DNA of 64,000 bases, from NCBI RefSeq assembly GCF_009914755.1, contig NC_060946.1. One strand, given 5' to 3'. The notes beneath the pieces are model-generated. The model was not told the origin of the DNA and did no database searches. It saw only the letters and a list, made by a program, of their open reading frames with translations. This DNA comes from the human T2T-CHM13v2.0 reference genome, Homo sapiens. Below, one piece after another: positions 16,337-34,112 of the stretch. The position numbers were made by a program, and so were the translations under genes. Each line of letters starts with the position of its first letter. Position 1 is the first letter of the stretch.

Positions 16337-17130
16337 TAACTCCTGGAACCAGACATAAATTTTTTTTTTGGGGTGTGTGGTGATGGGATACATAGCTGTC
16401 GCCAGATTCTCAAAGGGACAGTGTCACACTTAACAGAGCAAGGAGAGTAATCGGTGACTGGTGAATGATCATTTATCAGAGACTGTGTGTCAAACATTTA
16501 AAAAATAAAAAGTAACTGCTGAAGAAATGAACAAAAAGGGTCACACCTTCAAAAAAGCCTAATTTCCATTCCAGAGCAATCTCAAGACAAGGAAAAATAA
16601 GAGCTGCTTCACACTGAGGGCTTATCTGGTATCAAGGACCACCGCCAATGTCATCCATTAGCCATCCCCAATAAACCCACGAAGTTCAGCCTGAACAGCA
16701 TAGAAAGACCTCGTCTCTACAAAAAAAAAAAAATTTTTAAAGTAGCCAGGTGTGGTGGCACATGCCCAGCTACTCAGGAGGCTAAGATGGGAGGATCACC
16801 TGACCCTAGGAGACCGAGGCTGCAGTGAGCTATGATCACGCCACTGTACTCTAGCCTGAGTGACAGAGCGAGATTCTGTCTAAACACACACATACACACC
16901 ATGAAGTTTTAACTTCCCCATTTTACAGATGAAGAGACAAAGTCTCAAGCCATACAGCCAGTAGGTCAGCCTGACTCCAAAAACCCATGCCCCAAGCCAC
17001 AATAAGTCACTGCCTTCCAAAAGCCTCATATTATCATGAGATATAAGGCAAGGAGGTATGGGTAAAACACCTTAACCCTTAAAGATACAAACTTATTGTA
17101 GGCCCAGTTGGTCCCTCAGCATTTGGGGAC

Positions 17131-18011
17131 TGTGCTATAAGGGTTAACTCAGCAGGCTTGAAGTGTCCAAACCCAGCACATCTCAAAGAAAAAACTGGCC
17201 TTAATGGGCTCCTGGGAGATAACCTCTAAGTCCTTGGAATATCCTCCCAAGTAGGGGTGTCTTTGTATACCTCAGGCCTTGGGCCATACCAGGCCAGATA
17301 GTTTGTGCTAATAATGTGATTTATGGTGGGGACCTTGGGCCATGCTGTATCATTTTGACCTCTGGAGCAGCTGGTGATTAAGTAACTAAAGTCGGTCATG
17401 TGATTGCCCTATGTGACTGACATGCAATAAAAACCTAGACCCCAAGGCTAGGGTGAGCTTTCTGGCTGGTAATATTTAGTACGTGTTGTCACATATCATT
17501 GCTGGGAAAATTAAGTGTGTCTGTAAGACTCTACCAGGAGATGACAACTGGAAGCTTGAGGCCGGTCTCTCCCGGACTCTGCCCTATGCACCTTTTTCTT
17601 TTGTTGATTTTATTTTGAGATGGAGTCTTGCTCTGTCACCCAGGCTGGAGTATAATGGCACGATCTCCGCTCACTGCAACCTCCGCCTCCCAGGTTCAAG
17701 CCTCCTGAGTAGCTGGGATTACAGGTGCACACCACCACGCCCAGGTAATTTTTGTATTTTTAGTAGAGACGGGGTTTCACCATGTTGGCCAGGCTGGTCT
17801 CGAACTCCTGACCTCAGGCGATCTGCCTGCCTTGGCCTCCCAAAGTGCTGGGATTACAGGCGTGAGCCACTCCACCCGGCCTCTTTTGCTGATTTTAATG
17901 TTTATCCTTTTGCTGTAATAAACCATAACCATAAGGATAATAGCTCTTCTGAATTCTGAGTTCTTCTAGCCAATCATCGATCCTGGGGGTGGCCCTGGGG
18001 ACCCTGACACA
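17131..18011 (+). mobile_element. ERV LTR (MER68/MER77-like) with internal Alu
   Basis: TG...CA ends, motif ctcctgggagataacctctaagtccttggaatatcct, AATAAA near 17426, 3' end ggggaccctgacaca. Confidence 0.6.
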
Positions 18012-18119
18012 GGAATTCAGCTGTGCCTTACATGCACCTATATTCTCCAGCTTTTTGCTCATCACAAATCTACCTGACAAAATCCAGTATGGAAAGAAAA
18101 AAAAAACCCTATTCATTCA

Positions 18120-18635
18120 GTAAAGTAAGGCACAAACAAATGAGCCTCTGTTCACTTTATTCAAAGAGTATTTTTTTCCTCTGTGAAACTAGGTAGAACT
18201 GAGGAGGAATCAAAGAAAGCCTCATATATTAAACTCTTAAATAGATTCTTTGAATTCAAAGTAAGGGTCAATAGGAGAGGCACAGGTTGTGGGCCTTGTC
18301 CCAGCAAACAAAGCCACCAAGGCAGTCCTGCAAATTAAGGAGGATGGCAAATCTGTCTCTTAAAAAAAAGTTCTTGAGGGGAAAAATATAAAATACCTAA
18401 GTTTCAAAAGCCGGACTACTTCCATACCCTTCATTCTCTACCCTGGAGTGTCCAGAGATAGAGAGTTTCAAGGTACGTTTTCAATGATTCAGCTTTTGCA
18501 AACATATGCAAATACATTCCTCATCAGCAGTCCTGTTTTGGCGATTAATAGCAAGCAATATGCTTGGATTAGAGGTCCGATTTCCACTTAAATGCATTTT
18601 CTTCTCTTCTTGGCAATGAAGTCATTTGCGGAGAT
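18120..18635 (-). other. TPST2: TPST2 last exon (3' UTR, proximal poly(A) form; 3' end approximate)
   Basis: Acceptor CCCCACTTTCAG ending at 18636; AATAAA at 18161-18156 followed by GU-rich TTTGTTTGTG. Confidence 0.85.
18156..18161 (-). terminator. TPST2 proximal poly(A) signal
   Basis: AATAAA with downstream GU/U-rich element. Confidence 0.75.
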
Positions 18636-19123
18636 CTGAAAGTGGGGAAGACTGTGTTAGGCTCAGAGTAACAATTCTGAAATAGATCATTTATATTTAT
18701 ACATGTGATTGCAGAACATACTGTCTTCATCCATTCGCATAAGCATGTAATGTTTTAAGAATGCATCCCAGATGGCCAGAGAGAGTTTAAATTTAAAAAC
18801 GTTTCCTGGGTTCTTCCCCACATCTCATCTTGCATCCACTTGACCTCAAATATACACTTTTCTTATGGACACAGAGCAAATGACAGTGATTATGTGATAA
18901 ATACTGATGAATTCTTGGAGGCAAGAGAAGGACTCATGTTTGTTCACGGCCAACTCTGTACCCAGGATTCAGCTAAAGCACCTCTATATGGTATCTCATT
19001 TAAACAGTAAAACAAGTAACAAATCTGCTTTTGTCAATGAGAAGGTCCAGGATTCTACTAATGATCTGCAGAAAGGCAGCGAGGGAACAGTTAGTGAGGA
19101 ACAGGGAGGAAAGCTGTTTTTCA

Positions 19124-19444
<321 letters not shown>

Positions 19445-20588
19445 TCAAAAACAAAAACTCTGGGATCTTAGTGCAACTCAAGATGGGAACCCTAATAATG
19501 ACAGAGTCCTTGCAGGTTGGAGCAAAGTAAATTGAAAGAAAAACTAAAACATATGCTGATTGTTTAAAAATAGATACAGAGACTAAAAATAAGAGTCCAA
19601 GCTGGAAGGTGTTTCCATGTAAAATAACCTCTCTTGAGGTTTCCTTTAACCTGATCATAGAGGCTGGGGGACAGAAGGAAGTGAGCTCACTCATGCAGCC
19701 TTAACTCCAGTGCCCAAGTCCACAGCGAGGGCCCAGCACTTCACGGTTTCCAAGCACTCCCACCTGGGCCAGCTCACGCCATCTCATGGCCAACCTCAGA
19801 GGTGGGCAATGATGAATCCCCATTCTCCAGATGAAGAAAACAGGGGCTGAAGGGAGTTAAACCTGGAGATCTTAAATCTTTGAATTACCAAGTTCAAAAA
19901 AATCCCTTTCCCCACCCCTTAGTAGAATATGGATGGATAAATGTGCACTTAAAATCATTCACTAAAAGCAAACCTGGGAGGAATTCTGTCCCTTGGTGGC
20001 TGTGTAGCCTTGGGCAAGTCAAAGCCCTTCCTTCTCTGTGCTTTGGTTTTCTCTTCTGTAAAATGGAATGATCATGTCATCCGCCTCCCAAGGATGCTGA
20101 GGGTTAAATGAGTAACACAGGACCAGTACCTGGCCCAACGGCCATGGGGGTTATTCTTAGAACAGAACGACTTGTGACTGTTATTAGAACATTAATTGCT
20201 CTGGCCCAACGCTGATGCTGTTTTTAGAAGCCAGACTGGCAGACAGCATTCTGTGCAAAAATGGTTCCAGAATCTCCCCCTCCCCCATCATAGTGGTGCT
20301 TCCTGCCCTGTCCCCAGTGTCAGACAAACCTTTTTCTGGTTGGTTCAGCGTTAATCCCTCTCCCTGTCCTTGATCCAGAGCTAGAAAACTAAGCCTTGAT
20401 TCTATAAATAGCACCCCCAGTCTGTCACCATGGAAACCTCTGATGGGGCTGGGTCAGCCCACCCTAGTGGACATGTCTACCCCAGGGAGGCTCTGGAAGG
20501 ACAGAAAAGTGGCTTTTCAGAAAAGTGGCTCCGGGGCCACCCAGAAGCAGCGGGAACCCCCAGTGAAGTCCACAGGCTTACCTGGAAA

Positions 20589-20630
20589 TCACGAGCTTCC
20601 TAAGTGGGAGGAGGTGCTGTTCTGGTTCAC
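20589..20630 (-). CDS. TPST2: Tyrosylprotein sulfotransferase 2, last coding exon (VNQNSTSSHLGSS*)
   Basis: Acceptor TTTCTCCAG ending at 20631; TGA at 20591-20589; exon continues to 20582 then donor GTAAGC. Confidence 0.95.
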   Translation of the reverse strand: MNQNSTSSHLGSS

Positions 20631-20932
20631 CTGGAGAAAGACAATACACAGAAGAAGGGGTCACGGCCAGGTGAGGGATGCCTTGCTGTATTGAGGGTCA
20701 CCCCTCAGCATCACTGAGTCATGCACATGCTTATTCACGTAGTATTTACTGTACATCTACTATGTGCCAGGTGCTGGGATAGCGTGGTGAGCGGGACAGA
20801 CCCAAACCTAGGATCACGGAACTTACGTTCGAGTTGAAGAAAAAGCCTACTGAACACGCACAGATGCAAGAAAATGTCAAACTTGGGCAATATGACAGGC
20901 TGCTATGAGTGATCAGTATCTGTGCTACTTCA

Positions 20933-22100
<1,168 letters not shown>

Positions 22101-22887
22101 TTTTATGAGACAGGGTCTCACTCTGCCACCCAGGCCAGAGTGCAGTGGCACGAACATGTGCCACATGTGCCATACCCAGCTAAGGCTTTCTCTTTTTTGT
22201 AGGGAGATGGGGTCTCACTGTGTTGGCCTTGAATTTAAAAAAAAAAAATTAATGCGATCTGAGAGCTAGGGACCATGGCTTTTGAGCATTTCCTGGTTGT
22301 TTGGGGAGAGGTCCCACTCCCTTTGTGGGAATCAGAGATCTATCTTTTGCTGACGTCAAGAAAGTAGCCAGAATTAGTGAGCACTAATTTAGTATTTGTT
22401 TTAACCAAAAAGATGATGTAGGCAGAACAACACAGTGGGGATGAGGAGAATTATCCACAAACTGAAACTTCTCATTTTTGCACGTTGCCTTCGTTTTTGT
22501 TGTTGTTGTTGCTGCTGTTGTTTTTAAGAGACAGGGGCTCCAGCGATCCTCCCACCTCAGCCTCCTGAGAACCTGGGACTGCAGGCATGCCACTGCACCC
22601 AACTCCTGCGTGTTGCCTTTTTTTGTCCACCTGAATATGCATTTTTACATTAGTTGCAATTGTATAGTATGAGCTGCTTTGTTTTGCTTTCTTACTATTT
22701 TTTCATCATTTGGGTTTCACTAGCACCATTTTGGATGGCTACAGATATTCTGTGGAGTGCATGTACCACCGTTTACTGACTGCTTACCTAAGAATGGTTC
22801 CAATTTTTGCAGTATTTTAAATGACATCACATCCTGATTCTGCCTCTCTTCTGTTGGGTACTGAAGCTCTACTGAATCATTCCCTTA

Positions 22888-23037
<150 letters not shown>

Positions 23038-23168
23038 TCAGATCTTTTGAAGACTCTTGAACAACAAGGCTAAAAGTGTTTTACAAAAGGGTTGGGGTCA
23101 GGAGCAGTGGCTCACGCCTGTAATCCCAGCATTTTGGGAGGCCGAGGTGGGTGGATCACTTGAGGTCA

Positions 23169-23375
<207 letters not shown>

Positions 23376-23957
23376 TCAAAAACAAAAACAAAAACAAAAA
23401 CAAAAGGGTTGGGCCAGTTTATACTTCCTGCCGTGTATGACATATGCAAGATGTCTAGCTGACCTGGGACTGGTTTTTGTTGCTTTTAGGAACAAAATAT
23501 GAAGGAATGGCATACCCCCACGCTCAGGAGGGCTGCCCTGCAGATAAGTTTTGTCAAGCCTCTATTTCCAACCCTCATCTCCCTACTGTCCTCCACTGTG
23601 CACATAATGTCATTCTGGATGTCGTAAAAACTGGAAATGGTCTTGAAGAAGCTGTTTAGTAAATGGTAGCACATGCATTCCACAGAACACTACGTAGCCA
23701 TCCAAAATGGTGCCGGTGAAACTCAAAAGATAGGAAAATATTAAGAAAGCAAAACAAGGCAGTTTGAACATGAAAATTGCAATGAACATTCCTGTAAATC
23801 ACATTGGGGTAGAAACAAAGAAAAATATAATTGCAACGAATGCAAAAGTGCATACGCACTCCAGAGGTTTCGGCCACACTCCCCACTTTCAGGCGTTTAC
23901 AGTTCCCTCTGCCGGGAAGCCTTTTCTATCCAGATCTTTGTGTGGCAGACCTAGTTT

Positions 23958-24305
23958 TAATCCTTCAGATATTGGCTTATGGGTGCTTTCCAATATCAGT
24001 GACCAATTCTCTGATTATCTGGATACCAACTGGGTGTTCAACAATTCAGTTCAGTTCTGACACCAGCTCCCAGACTTACTTAGCATCAGCTGCCACAGAT
24101 TAAGGGCCCAGTTCCACGACTGCCCCACTTTAGATGCCAGCTGCAATGGGGTGCGCAGGCTATCCACACTTCTTCCCAGCCAACTTCAAATCTGGAGGTT
24201 CCCACAACCCCCACTCTGGTTTGATAATTCACTAGAACAGCTCACAAGACACTAGGGAAAACACTTTACTAACTGCTACCTGTTTATTATAAATAATACA
24301 ACTCA
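23958..24305 (-). mobile_element. MER21-family LTR fragment
   Basis: Motifs accaactgggtgttcaacaattcagttcagttctgacac and gataattcactagaacagctcaca. Confidence 0.55.
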
Positions 24306-24580
24306 AGCTTGGACAACATGCCAAAACCCTGTCTCTACAAAAAACACAAAAATTAGCCGGGCATGATGGTGTGTGTCTGTAGTCTCAGCTTCTTGAGGGG
24401 CTGAGGTGAGAGGATTGCTTGAGCCCAGGAGATTGAGGCTGCAGTGAGCCATGATCACACCACTGCACTCCAGTCTCAACAAGAAAGAAAGCCCAAGAAA
24501 AAGTCCCCACGAAGTCCCTCCAACTGCATTCAAGCCGGAAGACGAAGTGAGAGGCTGCTTCCTGGCAGAAGGGCCACTGA

Positions 24581-24883
<303 letters not shown>

Positions 24884-25062
24884 TGATCTGCCTGCCTTGG
24901 CCTCCCAAAGTGCTGGGATTACAGGCAGCCAGCTCACATCCCCCTTTTTATAATGGGAAAACCATCAACCAGAGTGGAGAAGTGACACATCTAAGGGCAT
25001 ACAGCCAGATGGTGGTATAGCTGAGAAAGACAGAATTCGGAATTCCCCTTGGGGTTTCTAAC

Positions 25063-25113
25063 CTGAAAATATCCTTTCAGATTGGCTGGTGTTTTATAGT
25101 CCCCTTTCAAGAC
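25063..25113 (-). CDS. TPST2: TPST2 coding exon (VLKGDYKTPANLKGYFQ)
   Basis: 51 nt, acceptor CTTCCTTAG, donor CAG|GTTAGA, phase 0/0. Confidence 0.95.
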
Positions 25114-25959
25114 CTAAGGAAGAGAAAAAGAAATATCACTATTATGAAAATGGCCAAAAAATAAAATTTAGTCATTCCCAACACATCCAGTCATCCACCC
25201 ATCCACCTCGCCACCCACCCATCCCTCCATCCAACAAACATTGCTTAAGCTCCTCTTCTTCTAGGCATTATTCTAAGCATTGTGTCTGGTTGACATGATG
25301 TTAACCAGATAATGGAAATTCCTGTTCCCCTGGAGCTACCATTCTAGAGGGGGCACCAGATAACATACAAGAAAAATAAACACAGATAAACAAGGACATA
25401 GCAAACCATGGGAACTGTTGTGAAAAAAGTACAGTAAAGAGGTGGGATTAGGAGTAACCAGGGGGCTTCTTTTGAGTGGGTGGTCAAGAGGGGACTCTTG
25501 GGCCAGGCGCAGTGACTCATGCCTGTAATCTCAGCACTTCTGGAGGCCAAGGCAGGAGGATCACTTGAGTCCAGCAGTTTGAGATCAGCCTGGGAAACAC
25601 ACTGAAACCCCATTTCTAAAAAATTAAAAATTAGCTGGGCATGGTGGCATGCACTTATCGTCCCAGCTGCTCTGGAGCTACTCCAGCCTCAGCTGGAGGA
25701 TTGGTTGAGCCCGGGAGGTTGAGGCTGCAGTGAAGTATGATCACATCACTCCACTCTAGCCTGAGTGACAGAGCGAGACCCTGTCTCTAAGAAAGTGAAT
25801 AAATAAAAATAAAAAGGGCCTCTTGAAATAGATAACCTTTGAGCTGAGACCCAAACGACAAGGAAAAATAGGTAGGCTAAGCTCAGAAGAAAAAGCACTC
25901 CAGGCAGAGGCAACAGAGCAAAGGCCCTGAAGTTAGAACCACAACATTTCAGGCCTTTC

Positions 25960-26540
25960 CGCTAGTAGTCACATTTTAAAATAAAATGAAACAAGGGAGA
26001 TTAATTCTAACAATATCTTTTATTTAACCTGATATAGCTAATTTTTTTTTTTTTCTATTGAGACATGGTCTCACTCCCATAGCCCAAGCTGGAGTGCAGT
26101 GGTGCGATCACGGCTCACTGCAGCCTCCACTTCCCAGCCTCAGGTGATTCTCCCACCTCAGCCTTCTGAGTAGCTGGGACTATAGGCACGTGCCACCATG
26201 CCTGGCTAATATTCAATATTTTTAGTAGAGATGAGGTTTCACCATGTTACCCAGGCTGGTCTCAAACTCCTAGGCTAAGCAGTCTGCCTGCCTTGGCCTC
26301 CAAAAGTGCTAGGATTATAGACATGAGCCATCATGTCCAGCCTATGTAAAATATTAACATTTCAATATGTAATTTATATAAAAGTGACTAATAAGAAACG
26401 TTACATACTTTTTTGTCCTAAGCCTTCAAAATCTAGTGTGTATTTTACACCTAACAGGACCTCTCACTTTGGACTAGCCTCCTGTTACAGAATCAGGGGC
26501 CACACATGGCTAGTGGCTACCGTATGGGACACTGCAGGCA
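25960..26540. mobile_element. MER33/MER3-like hAT-Charlie element split by an Alu
   Basis: Motifs agtcacattttaaa and ggccacacatggctagtggctaccgtatgggac. Confidence 0.6.
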
Positions 26541-28433
26541 GAGACGATTTCATCAGCATAGATGTCCTTTTAGCCACTGTGTTTACTGAGCCCCAGGATC
26601 CATTATTGGAACACACAGGGTCCACAGCACTCACAGAAGCACACAGGCATGCATGCAAACTCACAGGGCTTAGTGAGAGGACTTTTCTTTGCAGTAACAG
26701 CCAAGCTATGGCAAAAACTAAACCAGGGATCTAGCACTTGCCAAGACTTGTTGACCGCCCCAGGGAAGAAATCTCTTTGGATGAAAATGAGAGACAGCTT
26801 CCATTTTAAATAAACAAACACAAAAAGCTCCAAAGAGTTGATGTTAACCACCAGTGCTCATGAAAATTATTTGTGTTTTATAAAATACATAAAGTCAGGC
26901 TTTACTCCAGGAACGTCCGACCCATAGCCTGGGGCAAGCCAGGGGCAGCGAGCCACCTTTTAAGGAGACCCCAGAGGAGCCACTGCTGGGCCCTTGGCTG
27001 AGAACAGTGAAGTAAGCAACATCCAGCCCACTACTGCAGTGTCCCCAGCCGGCCCTCGCCTCTGCTTCTGAGAAGCACCTGGGGCTGGATTGTGAGATCA
27101 CTACCATCTTTTTAATCCAGTTAATTAATTTTTTATTTTGATAATACATGTACAACCCACAGGCAGATAAAAGTATGTAAAACACATAAGTAGGGTTTAA
27201 AGATTACTATTATTAAAGAATAATAAAATAAAAATTAATAATATTTATAATAAAAATAACAAACCACATCTGGGTTGCAGCCATTCACCTGTCAATGTCG
27301 GCTGGTATGTACGTTGAATCTCTGAGTATTTCCATAAATAGATGTCTGCAAAATCAACTAATGTCAAGAGGAAGAGGAACTCACGAGACCCACAGACAAA
27401 GCTTACACTTCAATTACAAGGGCACAGCCCCCAAAGCTCAGCGTTAGTAAATTCTCTTTGTTAAAGAGAGATCAGTGAGTGCTAGAGAGGTGGTAATGAC
27501 TTTTTAGCACCAAATGGAAACTTTCTTCTTGAGCCAACTGAAGAGTTACGGAACTAAGAGACGATTAACTTTTTTCCGTTGTGATTCAATACGATAACTG
27601 TTTATTTCCTAAAATCAGCACACGCTCAGAAATGCTGAGCTTAGCTTAAATTAAAGACTCTGGGTCTTAATGAAGTAAGGGCTGTGAAAGCTCTTCCTCA
27701 GGCCTGGGTCCCATTTTCAAATATTTGCCTATAAGGAAGTTAGAACACAGCACTTAAAGTAAACTAGAAGCTGTAATGGAAACGTATAAATAAGGCCATC
27801 AACTTGTTAACTGTTCTTTTACCCAGTGGGTGTTAGCCTACTTTAACACTTCAAAAGCATTTTGTCAGTCACTGGAGGCTCACACCTGTAATCTCAGCAC
27901 TTTGGGAAGAGTGAAGCAGGGGCATCCCTTACGGCCAGGAGTTCTAGACCAGCCTGGGCAACGTAGCGAGACCCCGCCTTTATAAAAATTAAAATTAGCT
28001 GTGCATGGTGGCGTGCACCTGCAGTCCTAGCTACTCAGGAGCCTGGGGTGAGAGGATGGCTTAAGCCGAGAAGTATCAGGCTGCAGTAGCTATGACTGCA
28101 CCAGTGCACCCAGCTTGGGCAACAGAGCAAGACCATGCCTCAAACAAAACAGTACAAAACAAAAAAGTCATTTCCCTTCACCATCTTAACTAAGGAGAAT
28201 TTTAAGCATAATTTAAACAGCCCTAAACTCACATTTGTCTGAGAAATCCACATTAAACCTTATAAGACAAGAAAGGGACCAATAGTTTATTTATTTATAC
28301 CCCCTCTCAACAAAGACTTGAGGTGCCTTACAAACAGATAAACAAATAGCCAGGGAAATAGGGGTAAAAATGTAAATAAAATTAGAGAAATAAGATGAAA
28401 TTAGTGTACAAGCTGGCCTGCTGTTAGATGTTA

Positions 28434-28982
<549 letters not shown>

Positions 28983-29207
28983 TCAACTGTGAGATGGCAG
29001 GTGAGTCATTTTTGCCTCCTCATACCTCCTTTGTACAATGGGAACACAGCATGCAGTGAGAAGTCAGAAGAAAGTACTAGCAGTATACACCATTGGTACA
29101 TACATTCTGCTTTCTTCTCCAGCTTAAAAAATAACAACAGTTTAGGTCAGGCACAGTGGCTCACACCTGTAATCCCAGCACTTCAGAAAGCCAAGGCAGA
29201 AGGATCA

Positions 29208-29456
<249 letters not shown>

Positions 29457-29769
29457 CTAACATGAATATTTTGTCCCTAAAAAAAGTTATAAAACACTAA
29501 TGATAAAGCTGAAAGCCACTGTGTTCATCACTGCCAGCCCATCGGCTTCCTACAGGCACTCAGTCTTTGCACTGTGGAGCACACCACCTTCTCTAACCTT
29601 TTCTTGTAGAGTAGTTAAGAGCAAACCAGGGAGCCAGATTGCCTGGGTTCAGACGCCAGCTGTTCCCCAGCTGTGTGGCCTTGGGAAAGTTACTTCACCT
29701 CTCTGGGCCTCAGTTTCCTCTTCTGTAATTGGCAATGATAGTAGTACCTACCTCACTGGGGTTGTCTGA

Positions 29770-30310
<541 letters not shown>

Positions 30311-33155
30311 TGAAGACAGACATTTAGGTTGTTTCCAACTTTTCACAGCTACCATGGAATAACCATCATCTTCAACCTGCTTCCTAACTCTCCCTGTAAC
30401 AGGCTTCCCAAGCCACCTGAATGATGCAGATCTTACCAATTATAACTCAGGGGCCTGACAGGATGAATGGTGGGGAACCCCCAGGATCAAGGGCCTAGTT
30501 CTAAATGTTTTCATCCCAACTAAGAGGTGACTTGGGAAAGAACAGAAAGAGGCAGCAAAAGGAAGACAAGACCGGGCGTGAGGTGAGGAGAACAGGGGAA
30601 GGTGAAAGGGTGTGGACTGGTGGGTAGAACACAGATTCAGAGGCTGCAAACCTGGATTTAAATCTTAACTCTACCCAATATGTCAAAAATCTTGAGTATG
30701 TGCATGGCTTTTGCCAAAATCCTTGTGTCTCTAGGACTTTATGGTGCAGAAATGAGGTGGACACATCCCAGAACATGAATGAGGGCAATGCTTGATACAT
30801 ATCAGTAAAACTGGAAATAACCGAAGTGTCCAACAATAGGGAATGTGAAGTCGAATATGGCAATCCGTGTAGCAGCCTGTCGCACAGCTATTCAAAATGA
30901 TGCTGCAGGTCAGGCGCGGTGGCTCATGCCTGTAATCCCAGCACTTGGGGAGGCTGAGGCGGGCAGATCACCTGAGGTCACGAGTTCGAGACCAGCCTGG
31001 CCAACATGGCAAAACCCCATCTCTACTAAAAATATAAAAATTAGCAGAGCGTGGTGGCGGGTGCCTGTAATCCCAGCTATTTGGGAGGCTGAGGCAGGGA
31101 GAACTGCTTGAACCCGGGAGGCGGAGGTTGCAGTGAGCCGAGATCACACCACTACACTCCAGCCTGGGTGACAGAGCGAGACTCCGTCTCAACAACAAAA
31201 CAACAACAAAAATGCTGCTACCAAAGAGTGCTGGCTGCCACTGGCAAGGGCTCCCACACCACCGTGGAAAAAGGCTACAGAGGAGTATGTTTCGTTGGAC
31301 TCCAGTTTCATCAACAGGCCCTGAAAATGGTGCAGTAGGCCACACATCAAGATCTGGGTGGTGAGATCATGGGTTGTTTCTCCGTTCTTCTTTGGTGTAT
31401 CTTTTCTAATTTTCTATAGTCAAGATGTATTACTTTGGTAATCTAATATTTTTGTCATAATAATTTATAAAATCCTAGCTCCAGCACCAACTGGCTGGGG
31501 TACCCGGCATGTAGGAACTTTGTTGCTAGCGGAGAGCAGCTGCGAGCCTCTAGCTCTGCTCTGGGCCTGGGAAGGGGCCCAGCAGGGACCAGCCATGGGA
31601 AGGACCAGCCATGGGAAGGACCACCCTTTCACTGAGCTCTCAGGCTATCCAGAGCCTGATCAGGATGGGAAAGCGTGGAAACTGCATATTCTGCTCCAGC
31701 ATTGTTCAAAGTGCTCTGGGTCTCAGGATAGGGACAGCAGCTTTTCCAATGGAAGAAGGCAGGGAGCAAGGGACAGAGGGAGGAAGGAAAGGAAAGGATG
31801 AGGGGGAGTGAAGGGGAGGATGGGAGGAGTTCTGGACATGGGGAGTTTAAGAACACAATAGGCCAGGGGCCTGTAATCCCAGCACTTTGGGAGGCCAAGG
31901 CAGGAGGAAGGCTTGAGCTCAGGGGTTGGAGACCAGCCTGGAAGACATACTGAGATCTCATCTCTACTAGGAAAAAAAAAAAAAAAATGAGCTGGGTGTG
32001 GAGATGCTCGCCTGTAGTCCCAACTACTCGGGAGACTGAGGTGGGAGAATTGCTTGAGCCCAAGAGGTCGAGGCTGCAGTTAGCTGGGATCGTGCCACTG
32101 CACTCCAGCCTGGGCAACAGAGTGAAACCCTGTCTCAAAAAAACAAAAACAAAAACAAGAAAAACCCCAAAAAACAGACCTGGGTTCCAATCCCAGCACC
32201 ATGCTTTGTTAGCTGTGTAGCCTGAGGCCAGTAACTTCTCCTCTGTGAGATTCAGTTTTTTGGTCTATAAAATGTGGATAAGAGGTGTTCCTATGTCCTC
32301 AGGTTGCTGTGAGGATTAAAGGAGATAAACTTGTTGGGGGCTTAACCCAATACTTGCCATACAGTAGGCACTCATTAAATGACAATGGTGAGGATGGGTA
32401 CTCCATCAATAAAAGCAGTATCAACACTAAAATAGTAATAATAGCACCTAACATTTATTAACCTATTTGATGCCCACAGGTATCTATAAGGTAGGCAAAT
32501 TATATTTCCATGTTACAGATGAAGCAATGGAAGCACAGGGGTTGAGTCGCTTTGCCCAGGGTCACACAGCTAAGAAGTGGCAGAGCTGAGGTTTGAACCC
32601 AGACATCCTTGTTCTGGAATCTGTGCTCTTAACCTTTACCCACTATTGCCTTACTACAAAGCATATTCAAAGTTTGCAGATTCTAGGCTGGGTGTGGTGG
32701 CTCATGCCTGTAATCCCAGGACTCTGGGAGGCTGAGGTGGAAGAACTGCTTGAGGCCAGGAGTTTGAGACCAGCCTGGGCAACAGGGCAAACCCCATCTC
32801 TACCAAAAATACAAAAATTAGCCCAGCTTGGTGGCGCATGCCTATAGTCCCAGCTACTCAGGAAGATGAGGTGGGAGGATCACTTGAACAGGGAGGTGGC
32901 GGCTGTTACTCCAGCCGGGCAACAGACCGAGACACTGCCTCAAAAAACAAACAAACAGCCCACGAAGTTTGCAGATTCTCTCAGAAAGGAGAGGAGTAAT
33001 TGTTGTCATTTTTTGGGATAATGAAACGGAGGCTCAGAGAGATATAGTGACTTGCCCAAGGCCACACAGCTCAAGAAAGGCAGTGCTGATTTTCTTGCCT
33101 GGCGCCTCTGACTCCAGGGCCAGAGTCTGAGTGGAAGCATCAGGGGCTCCACTCA

Positions 33156-34112
<957 letters not shown>

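Noticed and set aside
26890-27860. Repeat-poor intronic stretch with a donor-like CAG|GTGAAT near 27286
   Set aside because: No convincing paired acceptor or reading frame; cannot be supported without transcript data
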